Shown here in pieces: positions 49,956 through 60,633 of a DNA stretch of 64,000 nucleotides. Every line of letters begins with the position of its first letter. Within the stretch, counting starts at the first letter, position 1. The notes under the pieces were generated by a model, which was given only the letters and a program-made list of their open reading frames with translations, was not told the DNA's origin and made no database searches. The DNA comes from Leucoraja ocellata (taxonomy: Eukaryota), in the NCBI GenBank assembly GCA_036785375.1, contig JAWMAR010000148.1, positions 3,162,001 to 3,226,000 on the forward strand, read 5' to 3'. The position numbers and the translations under genes were made by a program.

Positions 49956-50286
49956 CAGGGGTGGGGAGCCTGCGGCCTTCTAGGCCATTAAGTACGGCCT
50001 TTTGAATTAATCCAAATTTTGTAGAACAAATCCTTTTATTTTTATTAATGTATTATTTTAATCTTAAAATTAACGTATTTAAAATACCAAAGAGTAAAAG
50101 AAGATTCAACAAAATAATCCTCCCCGACTGACGGCCACAATTAAAACATTAGTAAGTCGTGAAGGCTATTTTAACAAAATAATGTACATTTTGAAGTATA
50201 TCTAATTGAAATTTCTTGGATGCGGCCTTATTAGATTACAGCTAACTTAAAGCGGCATTCCAACATGAAAAGGTTCCCCACCCCTG
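49956..50286. mobile_element. hAT (Charlie-like) MITE (331 bp)
   Basis: TIRs caggggtggggagcct / aggttccccacccctg; 8-bp TSD ctccagca / cgccggca (6/8). Confidence 0.82.
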
Positions 50287-50592
50287 CGCCGGCACTTTGT
50301 GTTTTCCTCCTGTTGTTATCTGTTCTGTATTTCATTTGCATTATTTGAGGGAGAGGGTGGCTCAGGAATCAGCGATTTGGTTTCTTGTTGGTGCTTCTTA
50401 AAGAATATTTGAAAGAAAAAGTGCTTGAGTAACTCGGCAGATCGGGCACCATTTCAGGAGTACATGGAGAGCCTAACCTGCTGAGTTACTCCAGTACTTT
50501 CTGATGTTTTTTAATAAACCAGCATCCACAGTTCCTTGTGTTTAAAAAATATTTTGATGTGTCAGGTAATTCCATGTGCATTTATTTTTCAG

Positions 50593-50678
50593 CTGGGCTC
50601 TGATCCGTTTTGGGATGGTTAAGCTTGCATTGCACAATATAAAAAACTTCTTTCCTGTTGTAGGATTGGATTCCACAG
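50593..50678 (+). CDS. DMXL2: DMXL2 coding exon (WALIRFGMVKLALHNIKNFFPVVGLDST)
   Basis: cag| ... acag|gtatgg; 86 nt. Confidence 0.93.
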
Positions 50679-52864
50679 GTATGGTTTTTTTCTGTTGAAG
50701 TTGCTATTTAAATTGTGCCACAATTAGAAAAATAATACACTTGAAATGAAATAATCTGGAATTTAAAAAGCTTTTCATATTTTATTCTTTGCAATTGCTG
50801 AGTGACTAATATTTAACTGTTTTACTCTTCCCTTCAAAAATAAATTGCTTTTCTTGACAGCCATTATCACTGAACTGTCAAAGATTTAAAATATTTTGGT
50901 TTAGGAGAGGCCTTTTTTCATAGGCAACATGTCCTAATAAGCACCTTTTTGTTTCTGGCACGAGTATTCAAACATTGTTTTTATGGGAACGTTGGCACAG
51001 GCACAAATTGTCTGCTAGATGCAAGCAACTGAGGCATAATCATGTCAGTCAATGAACAATTATGATTTTATACCAGCACTGGCATTTTGGAGTTCATCAC
51101 ACCAGTTACAGCCTTGTTTGGTAATAGGATGGATACCCACGAGCGCTATTTGACTGATCCATCAGCTGCATACTGGTTAGTTGCTGGTTGATTTATTCTT
51201 GCTGTTGGTTTGTTTCCCAAATGCTTAGTACTGTCTAGAGTTGGTCCAAATTGCAGTTCATAAGGAAAAATAGGCCTAATGCTGAAGGCATTCTGCTGAC
51301 TTCTACCTAATTGCTAAGCCAGTTGTTCCTAGCATTGAGTGAAATGGTAGGCGTTTGCAACTCTCTTTGCAAGTTTCTATGACCGAGTTGAAACTAGGGA
51401 GTGCAGGAATGGGAGTAAGCTGCTGAAGTGAGAAAGGAAAGGAGCTTTTGGAAGGAAGCCGTAATCAGCTGCCATGTTTAAGCAGTTACTCTCCCTTACG
51501 TGTCCGATAATTTATGCTTGCGAAAGAATCTTCACTGAATTCTACCACTTGCTGCATCCAACCAACTATAGCAGAGCAGATTAAGGATTATAGTTTAAGA
51601 CTGTCAAAGTGATCTTTAGATATCTTCACCTTTCAGAATGGAGCTTGATAGATTGGTCGTTTACTTTCAATTGACGAGTACTATTTTTTTTTTAATGTCA
51701 TTCATGCCTATTCAAAGAGCCTGGAACATTTCATGTCTCATTCTGGAGATCAACAGACTAAAGTGAACATATGGTTTTGATAGGATTACAACGTATACAT
51801 GGTGCAGGATGTTACTGTCTAAATGCACACTAATTTATGGAAACTGAGTATCAACTCTGTCCTGAACTGGATCCAGAATGGTTTTATGCTCTCTTAAAGA
51901 GCAGATCGTGTGTGAAGATAGGCAGTGAATCATGCATATCACTGCTCAGTATTCTGGCCATGGTCATGATGCCTTCATTCTGTGGTTCAAGTTAAAAAGT
52001 AACACTCGACAACAAGCCTGTTCTATTCACCGACAGAGTGCCTGACGATTATGGTGTATACCCATGCAGAGGTGGTCAGCTTCACTGAAACACTTCTGCT
52101 GCCTACACCGCACTATGAAGTTTATACGATATGAAGCGGGGGTTTATTCGATCTAATATTTGAATCACTTGTATTTCTTTTTGTCTCTGAAACATTCAGA
52201 AATATTTAGTCTTTGGTTCTAGCTAAAATGTGACCTAGCTGACTATCAATTATTTTAATCTCCTGTCTTCATTTGGGGTGAGATCCATTGTTTCATCCCA
52301 TCTTACCAAAGAGCAATGCCCTGACACCCACTTCGGTACTATCACAACATATATATCCATTTGTGTAAATATTTTTCAAATTGCATGTTGAATCAGTAGC
52401 TGCTATCCTATCAAGCATTATATTCCTAGTTCAAATCTTGCAACTGTCAACCTTCTGGTCGGTTTTGATCTTCCTGCTTATTGGAGTGTACGCATGTTTT
52501 TGAAATAAACAATAGTTATAAATGATCACATGAGTTGAATTGGATCAAAATAGTTTATTTAACAAAAATGTCAATGTTGAAAGTTTTAAGCAGTTGGCCA
52601 TGAAAATTGGGAAATCTGTGAAATTCCTGGGAAGTGCATTATTAGTATATTTAATAATAAACATTTAATTTTAGAGTGTATGCATCACATTCAGTTAAAT
52701 CGCTTACAAACATTAGGATTAACATTTTTTCCATTCTAACATTATTCACTTTGGTTTTGAAAACCAAGCATTATTCTGTTTATAGAATCCTAAATGAGTT
52801 TAAGAATTAACTGGCAGCAATAATATCATCCATTTTGTTTTCATCAAATGTATATTTCCCGTAG

Positions 52865-53066
52865 ATCTTCCAGTAACTTCGCCTTTGGGTAATGCTGTTA
52901 TGAAAACCTTGGAAAACTGGCAGCAAATACTTCATGCAAAAATGGAACAGTTTGAAGGGCCACCTCCAAACTTCATTAACACATATCCCAATGATTTCTC
53001 TAATGTTGTTGGACCAGCTATTCTGCGACACAAAGCAATGCTTGAACCAGAGAACACTCCATTCAA
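52865..53066 (+). CDS. DMXL2: DMXL2 coding exon (DLPVTSPLGNAVMK...AMLEPENTPF)
   Basis: tag| ... tcaa|gtaaga; 202 nt. Confidence 0.95.
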
Positions 53067-53317
53067 GTAAGAGAACTACTGCAAAGTAGACTTTGTGGGG
53101 AATAATTTTTCATCAGTAGACATCAATAGTGGTAATAGTGACGGATGAAAACATATTTTCAAGGTTACTAGTCAGAAATCATCGCTAAAAATAAATAGCA
53201 GAAAACCTTTGAAAATGGAGTAGACAGCCAAAAAGGTCATGTTTGATTTTTCCATTATTTTTCTTATTAAATAACATAACTGCTAAGTGAGTTCAAGAAT
53301 ACCAGTTATATAAAACA

Positions 53318-53608
53318 TAAGAATCATGAACCAGAGGACATAGGTATAAGGTGAGGGAGGGAAAGATTTAATAGGAACCTGAGGGGCAACTTTTTTTACA
53401 CAAAAGTTATTTGGAAAAAGCTGCCAGAGGAGGTAGTTAAGGCAGTAACTATCATAGCTTAAGAAAAAGCATTTGGACAGGTACATGGATAGGTTGGGCT
53501 TAAAGGATATGGGCCTAACACGGGTAGATGGGACGAGTGTAGATGGGGCATGTTGGTCACTGTGGGCAAGTTGGGCTGAAGTGCCTGTTTCCAAACTGCA
53601 TGCCTCTT
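53318..53608 (+). mobile_element. CR1 3' end
   Basis: aaccagaggacatagg...ggacaggtacatggatagg...gggctgaagtgcctgtttcc. Confidence 0.78.
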
Positions 53609-53921
53609 AAGATGTGCAGTATTGATTTAAAGATTATTACCTTTTGTATACATGGCACAATCATTGCCAACTGGTGGTCTGCACAACACAATTTATTTGC
53701 AAGCTTGAATCTACAGGGCTCCTGGCCTTTGTTGTTTAAGCTTTGATGCTGAAGGTGATATGTTAACATGATTTGTTTAATCAAGAAGCTTGCATTTCAC
53801 CTGTTAATATGAAATATAGTTCCAGTTAAGCTTATAATTATTGTTGCAGGTTAAAAAAGATTTGTCCACATAAGCATAATGATAAAAATTATGACAAAAT
53901 CTGCTATTTACTTTACTTCAG

Positions 53922-54039
53922 GTCAAGGCATTATACCACTTTCCCTGTTAAAAGGCTGTGGTGGTACTTAGTCAAGCAAGAAATTCTACAAGACACATTT
54001 ATACGATTTATATTCACGAAGAAAAGAAGGCAAAGTGAG
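53922..54039 (+). CDS. DMXL2: DMXL2 coding exon (SRHYTTFPVKRLWWYLVKQE...KKRRQSE)
   Basis: cag| ... gag|gtaaat; 118 nt. Confidence 0.94.
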
Positions 54040-55780
54040 GTAAATGGGCGTGAAAGTATAAGTTGTTGCCTTTTTAAATATTTTGTAGTTTGAATTATTA
54101 TTCTAGATTTAAAGATCAGCCACATATTTGGCACAACATAATATAAAGGGTGCTAATGATGATGTGTCAGCTTATAATAATTAAGTTGTAAAGAATCAAC
54201 TTGGTATAGCTCTACTATACTGGTACATCTTCCCTTTGGGAATAAACAGGATGGTTTGTTCAAATGATGGTCAGGCATTTCTCTTCCTACCATAGTAACT
54301 ACTGGGTTTTGGGCAATGGTCATCTTGCAGGCAGGCAAAACCTAATTTCCTATGAATGTTCGATCCCTGTGGTACAATCAGTTTTTATTCAGCACCATGC
54401 AAGTCAAGCAGTCCATGAGAAATCTAGAAAATTGGTGTTTCTAATGTGCTTTCTTTGTAAACCATAAAAACCAGGTTCGCAGCTTGAACTTCACAACAAA
54501 ATCATGGGCCTCCTGACTGTTCCACTGTGGAACCCTCCCATTTGTCACATCTTTTCCCAGGGATAAAATTGCTTGGCGTTCTTCCTGATATAATCCTGAT
54601 GGTTCATGGGCAATTTACACCAATCACAAATAAACCACATGGAGATTCATCATAGAATTTTGCCAAAATACAGGTGTTATTCTCGATCTGCATTGTTTGC
54701 TCATTTCTGAATTGGAGGCATTTGAAATGGACTTTAACGAAGGAATCCCTTTAACAAAGGAAAAGGAAAATTGGGTTTTGATTTCTCCTGATAATGAATA
54801 TACCGTCGAACAGCTGAAATGGTGAATATGCATGTTGCCACTTGGTGAGATTGCAACTGTGCATTCGATTCACCAGTCTCTCCATGGCCACAAGTCTGGC
54901 AATATCATAATCTGGGGAGAATTTTGTATTAAGAATTCCCAGTAAAAATGATGAATATGCTAGTATTAGCAGAATCTTGCTCGGAAAAGAAAATAGCAAA
55001 ATGGAGAAAGAGTTGAGTGCATCTAATTACAATTATTATCGGATAACTTTGTTACATCACGTGCAGACTTTAATACCTTGGAGCACCATTATTTACAATT
55101 ATAATTTCCATTTTTATTAAAAAAATGTTGGCAAAAAAACAAATCAATTACATCAGTTCTTAGAAGTTAATTTTCTATTTGGTTAACATTAGCAAAAGGA
55201 AATACACACTAAATTGGAATGATTTTCTAACCCTTAAATAAGTTAGGCACATCATCAGTATATTGCTTGCCACCTTGTTTTATAATCCTGGCAGTATTGT
55301 TCATTTAGGCCATTATCTTTTTTAATGTGATTATTTCAAAAATATGTCTGATCGTAAGAAGTCTCTTCAAAATTTTTTTTTAAATCCTATTGTACCCAAA
55401 TCTTGTTACGATTGGAAAATTTGTAACAGAGCATGAATAATTCTCAATCTACAAAGATAAATCACTCCTCTACCTTTCTTTGCAAACAACACAATTTGTT
55501 ATAAAAAAGATTTACAAACCAAAGTACTTTTTGGTCATTAAGTTTGTTATGAAATTTCTTTCTGTGCCTTCAGTATAATGTTTATGACCTTTTATTTTAA
55601 TGTAATTTTCATTCTTTTCAAGTTTTGCACATTTCATCTAATGGCAAATTAACAGGATTGATTAGTCATTTTTGTGAAATGTGAAAATATCCATCAGTAA
55701 TGTCAATATAATAAAATTGCTGCTTTTGCCAATGCAATACTGCCAGATTTTCATTTTTTAATTCAGTTAAAACATTTTAT

Positions 55781-55845
55781 TCATTTTCATTCATTTTTTT
55801 TCTGTGCATGTGTAATGTGCTGTGACTGTGTGCTGTGTTGTGTAG
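55781..55845 (+). promoter_or_regulatory. Putative intronic splicing-regulatory block upstream of the 66-nt cassette exon
   Basis: Three TCAT (YCAY) at 55781-55794, TGCATG at 55805-55810, TG/TGC-rich tract in place of a pyrimidine tract. Confidence 0.55.
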
Positions 55846-55911
55846 TCAATAGAAGACCATGTGGACCACGTCAAACAAAACTACAGCAGGAACCATCGTG
55901 GCAGCAACAAG
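55846..55911 (+). CDS. DMXL2: DMXL2 probable alternatively spliced in-frame cassette exon (SIEDHVDHVKQNYSRNHRGSNK)
   Basis: tag| ... aag|gtagta; 66 nt, phase 0-0; resembles the isoform-specific SVEEHVEQVK... segment I recall between QSE and VEAD in human DMXL2. Confidence 0.82.
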
Positions 55912-56287
55912 GTAGTATTCCTTTCCCACCCCCTTGTCTTTAGCAGCTGTTCTAATTGCACTCGCTTCAACATCTTGTTTAATGGTGTGTGAAAGTAAAT
56001 AATCGTACACATGCAAAGCTCTGTCATTGTGATTGTGGAGAATGTAATTCCAATTCATTCTGTATGAATTCAAAAGGGTTACATGGATTATTACTATTAT
56101 GCACAGCTTTTTGCTGCATTGCAAAAAACCATTAAACAGTTGATAAGGCTGGTCATTCTTTTAAAATTTTGCTGAATATTTTATTTCTAAATAAAAAGGC
56201 AAACAACATAATTGGTACAGAACTTAAATGCATTAAAACTATTGAAATCTTGATCCGTACACTATTATATGTAGTATTGTATTTTAG

Positions 56288-56374
56288 GTTGAAGCAGATA
56301 TGGGCTATCCAGGTGGAAAATCAAAGATTATTCATAAAGATTCTGATGCCATCATGGCATTTGCAATTAATAAG
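56288..56374 (+). CDS. DMXL2: DMXL2 coding exon (VEADMGYPGGKSKIIHKDSDAIMAFAINK)
   Basis: tag| ... aag|gtaaga; 87 nt. Confidence 0.95.
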
Positions 56375-56666
56375 GTAAGAAATCAAGTGCCTTTTAATCC
56401 AAAAACAAAATTTACAAATGGTATCATCACTAGTTAACCAGGCTTCCCAGAACTTCCAAGACCCAGCAAGATGGAAGGAGACAGGAAGGGCAAGATTCGT
56501 AAGTCACTATAAAGCACTCCCTGTGCACTCTTCTTGCCGGTGAACCTACCTACTCGGAGCTTGGCTTAGCAGTGACCTCATGCTGCTGGCTTCAGGAGCT
56601 TCTACTGGACCAACTATCAGCCTGTCTACTGTGCTGCTTTAGAGGGCTACTTGCAGAAGAAAACGT

Positions 56667-56760
56667 CAGTCTGAAGGGTCCCATCCCGAAATGTCTGTCG
56701 CCTTTCTATTCCTTCTACAGATGCTGCCTGACAAGCTGAGTTCCTCCAGCATTTTGTTTT
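56667..56760 (+). mobile_element. Penelope terminal fragment
   Basis: cagtctgaagggtcccatcccgaaatgtc...agatgctgcctgacaagctgagttcctccagcatttt. Confidence 0.65.
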
Positions 56761-57039
56761 GCAAAAGATAAATAATTGCAGGTTGTTTGGGAAAGACGGT
56801 CCTCCCAAAGTAACTGCTCCTCAGTACTTCCACTTTCATATTAATATGGCTGTATATTCAACAACTTCTCCTCCAGATTGCTAGTGTTTTGCAATTTTTG
56901 TTTCTTTAATTATTTCGATTGATGTGCCTATCAAGGTAAATATCACTGCACCTTCCAGTTTATTGAGAAGACTTTCTTTACTCTTACTTTGGTTTCTTTG
57001 GTTTGAATTTAGTTTTATGTTTTTCTCCCCCCATAAAAG

Positions 57040-57161
57040 GCAAACTTCAATGAGATAGCTCTGGCTTCCACGCATGATGTACAAGAACTTGATGTATCTG
57101 CAATTCTAGCTGCTCAGCCTTTTACCTGGATTGGCGAAGATTCAGACAGAGATTCCAGAAG
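57040..57161 (+). CDS. DMXL2: DMXL2 coding exon (ANFNEIALASTHDVQELDVS...DRDSR)
   Basis: aag| ... gaag|gttatt; 122 nt. Confidence 0.92.
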
Positions 57162-57209
57162 GTTATTAACTTTACTTAATCTTTTAGAATGCTTTTAAAC
57201 AAGAGTTGT

Positions 57210-58140
57210 AAACAACACGGAAGTAAGCCCTTCCGCCCAATTTGTCCGTGCCAACCGAGATGTCCACCTGAGCTGGTCTCATTTACTTGCATTTGGCCCA
57301 TATCCCTCAAAACCTTTCCTATCCCTGTACCTGTCCACATATTTTAAATGTGGATACACAAAACTGCTGATGCTTCTTTACAGTACTGGAGTAACTCAGC
57401 GGATGAGGCAGCATCGTTGGAGAACATGGATCCGTGATGTTTGGGATCTGGACCGTTCTTCAGACCAGAGTCACCTATCAATGTTTTCCAGCAATGCTGC
57501 CTGACCAGCTGAGTTACTCTAGCGCTTTGTGTCATGATTTTTTTAATGTTGTGATTATTCCTGCCTCTAGCACTTCTTTTGGCAGCTCATTCCATATATC
57601 CATTAAAATCTGTGTGAAAAATGTCTCCGTCGGAGCAACTTTAAATCTTTTACCTCTTAAACCTGTGCCCTCTAGTTTTAGACTTCCCTACCCTGGGAAA
57701 AATAATAATGACGTTATCTGCACCCCTCATAATGTTGTAAACCTCTTTACGGTCACCCCTCAGCTTTGTTTGCTCTGGGGAAAGCAGTCCCAGTCTATCC
57801 AATTTCTCCTTGTAACCCAACTGCCTGAGTCCCTGTAACATCCTTTTGAATCTTTTTTGCATTATCTAAATATTAATCACATCTTTCCAATAATATGATG
57901 ACCAGAACCTCCAGCAATACTCTAAACATAGTCTCACCAATAGTCTCATTGTCTTTCCACAAAGTGCTCCGACTAATCAAGGCAAGCATACCAGATACCA
58001 CTTTTACCAACCTATCTACCTGTGCCATCACTTTCAAAGAACAATTCACTTGTACCCTTTGATCTCTGTTCTGCAACACTGCTCTGGGCCCTGTCATTCA
58101 CTGTATAATGTATCCCTATTTGGACTTTAACTAAAATGCT
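57210..58140 (-). mobile_element. CR1 LINE 3' portion with nested palindromic Penelope insert (~57351-57535)
   Basis: ORF 57650..57862: YKEKLDRLGLLSPEQTKLRGDRKEVYNIMRG...TRGHRFK. Confidence 0.8.
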
Positions 58141-58186
58141 TGCATCTGAAGTTATAATAATTTAAGAATATGCAGCACAGAAATGG

Positions 58187-58290
58187 GCACGTGGAAGTGT
58201 TTCTCCAGAAATGCTGTCTGACCCACCGAGTTACTCCAGTGCTTTATGTCCAAGTTTGATTTAAAACAGTATCTGCAGTTCTTTGTTTCT
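58187..58290 (+). mobile_element. Penelope terminal insert with 10-bp TSD
   Basis: acagaaatgg at 58177-58186 and 58291-58300. Confidence 0.7.
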
Positions 58291-58317
58291 ACAGAAATGG
58301 ACTATTTGGCCCAAATA

Positions 58318-58341
58318 GATTCAGATTCAGATTCAGATTCA
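58318..58341. repeat. (agattc)n short tandem repeat, probably a retroposon tail
   Basis: About four agattc units. Confidence 0.7.
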
Positions 58342-58361
58342 AATAGCTGTCATTTATGGCC

Positions 58362-58605
58362 TAAGATAGACACAAAAAGCTGAAGTAACTCAGCGGGTCA
58401 GATAGCACTCTGGAGAAAAGGAATAGATAACGTTTTGGGTCAAGACACTTCTTTAGCCTGATCTGAAATGTCACCTATTCCGTCACCCTCTCGTCCCGAA
58501 ACGTCACCTAGTCCTTTTCTTCAGAGATGCTGTCTGGCCCGCTGAGTTACTCCAGCTTTTTGTGTCTATCTTCGGTTTAAACCAGCATCTGCTGTTCCTT
58601 CCAAT
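58362..58605. mobile_element. Palindromic Penelope-derived element with 12-bp TSD
   Basis: tcatttatggcc at 58350-58361 and 58606-58617; inverted arms aagatagacacaaaaagctgaagtaactcagcggg / cccgctgagttactccagctttttgtgtctatctt. Confidence 0.82.
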
Positions 58606-58766
58606 TCATTTATGGCCGACCTGATGCGCTTTGTGTCTTTCCTTGATCAACTCCTGTCGTTGTAAACTTTTATATACTGTCCACCCTGCTCTCCCCTCTA
58701 AATTTTGCATCACCCTTGAATTTAGATATTATTTTATTAGTGTCTAATTATTGATATATCTTACAG

Positions 58767-58902
58767 TTCTGACGATCTTGAGCATCGCTCAATGGGGAGC
58801 ACCACCCAAACAAGTGCAACTCATTTTTCATCCAGCCAGCTTTCTAATTCTTCTTCAATGCCTTGGCTAGGAAGTGGGCAGACCAGCACAGGAGCCACTG
58901 TG
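58767..58902 (+). CDS. DMXL2: DMXL2 coding exon (SDDLEHR...MPWLGSGQTSTGATV)
   Basis: cag| ... gtg|gtacgt; 136 nt. Confidence 0.93.
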
Positions 58903-59674
58903 GTACGTCTAGAGTTACCTAACTCCTACAATACTATTATTTATGTTTATAAGGTAACTCCTTTTGACTTTAATCAGTTTAGGACTTGCCTCTTCCTTAT
59001 TATTTGCGAACATAAAGGCTATTTGAGGAGGTAAACCTTGAAAACAAAATGCTAAGAATTGCTAAATATTTTTCATTTATCTCTCACCTACTCATTGACC
59101 TCTCCTCTTGTGACCCACGTACTTAACTATGCTCTTTATGCCTAATATATTTCTAAAATATTGCTTTATAAAATATTTTCCCTGCATACCACCATTGGTT
59201 TCCTGCCTTTAATATCTATTAGTCTCCCTTCTATTGTAATTTCATCTTGTATGTTGGCTTTTCCTCTTCAACCATCGACCCTTTTTATTTATCTGCACCA
59301 TCCCAATGTTTATAGTGTTTATTTATATAGTTATTTTAAGTGAATTCCAATCTTTTTAAAACCTCACAAAATCTAGGACTTAGTTTATTGAGTTTTCATT
59401 TGTAAACTTTACCTATAATGAAGACTTTGATTTACTCATAACCTGTTTTTATTTCCATAAACTCTTAATTGCATGGAACATGGATTTCCAGGGAGTTTAA
59501 ATATGGCACAAGATATAGTCATATAGGACAAAATAGAATAAATACAGCTCAGTTATACATGCAACAAAAGTCTCGGGATGGAATTTGGGCCAGATTTTAC
59601 AGGTTAAGTCATTTATTTCAGCCAGGTAAACAAAGAAGATCTTAAACTTGGCCTGAAAGCCAAGCTTAACTATA

Positions 59675-59800
59675 CAGTGCCCTCCATAATCTTTGAGACA
59701 AAGACCCATCATTTATTTATTTGCCTCTGTACTCCACAATTTGAGATTTGTAATAGAAAAAATCACATGTGGTTAAAGTGTCAGATTTTATTAAAGGCCA
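59675..59800. mobile_element. Solo Tc1/mariner TIR, same family as 10916
   Basis: ta|cagtgccctccataatctttgagacaaagacccatc..., near-identical to 10916-11040. Confidence 0.8.
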
Positions 59801-60049
59801 TTATAGAAGGCATTGTAGAAGAGTAGACTAAACTTACAAAGCTTTTTCATTGTTTATATCTTCAGGAGAGTAAATAGAGATAAAAGTGATAAAGAAAACC
59901 AGCATTTTTTTTTCAATTAAGTGAAAGTGAATGTAATTGTAAAGATTTGCAAGTTATTTTGGTAGTTGTAGGTTTTTAAAGAATATTTTGTTTGATGATA
60001 CTTCAAAACAATTTCTACTTGTTAATCAAACGAGAATGGCCCTTGAGGT

Positions 60050-60478
60050 AATTAGGTTAATGTAAGAGGAGCGTTTGATGGCTTTGGGCCTGAACTTGCT
60101 GGAGTTTAGAAGGATGAGGAGTGATCTCATTGAAACCTACTGAAAAATGAAGGCCCTGGATAGAGTGAATATGTAGAGAATGTTTCTAATAATGGAAGAA
60201 TCTTGGACTAAAGGGCACGTCATGAGAATAAAAGGTGGCACCTTTTAGAATGAAGATGAGGAGGAATTTCTTTAGCCAGAGGGTGATGAAACTGTGGAAT
60301 TCATTGCCACAGACGGCTGTGGATACCGTCATTGAGTATTTTTAAAGCGGAGATTGTTAGGTTCTTGATTATTAAGGTTACGGGGAGAAGGCAGGAAAAT
60401 GGGGTTGCAGGAAAAATAGATCACCCATGATCAAATGACAGAGCCGCCTGGATGGTCTAATTCTGCTCCTATAGCTTA
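60050..60478 (+). mobile_element. CR1 LINE 3' end
   Basis: ctggagtttagaaggatgagga...gaggaatttctttagccagagggtg...ctaattctgctcctat. Confidence 0.8.
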
Positions 60479-60572
60479 TACAAATATTAATTATAATGAA
60501 CCATCATTTACTCAAAATGAAAAAATATTTTTTCCAATACATTTGTTGATTTATATATTTTCCTCATTACAG

Positions 60573-60633
60573 ATCATAAAGAGAAACTTGAATAATGTGA
60601 AGAGAATGACCTCCCATCCAGCTCACCGATACT
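60573..60633 (+). CDS. DMXL2: DMXL2 coding exon (IIKRNLNNVKRMTSHPAHRY)
   Basis: cag| ... tact|gtgagt; 61 nt. Confidence 0.94.

Noticed and set aside
54674-54821. Possible poison cassette exon (cag|...g|gtgaat, TGCATG at 54829-54834; one frame reads ...AFEMDFNEGIPLTKEKENWVL...)
   Set aside because: No pyrimidine tract, no recognisable homology, and the protein-like frame is not the one the phase-0 intron would use; it would need junction reads.
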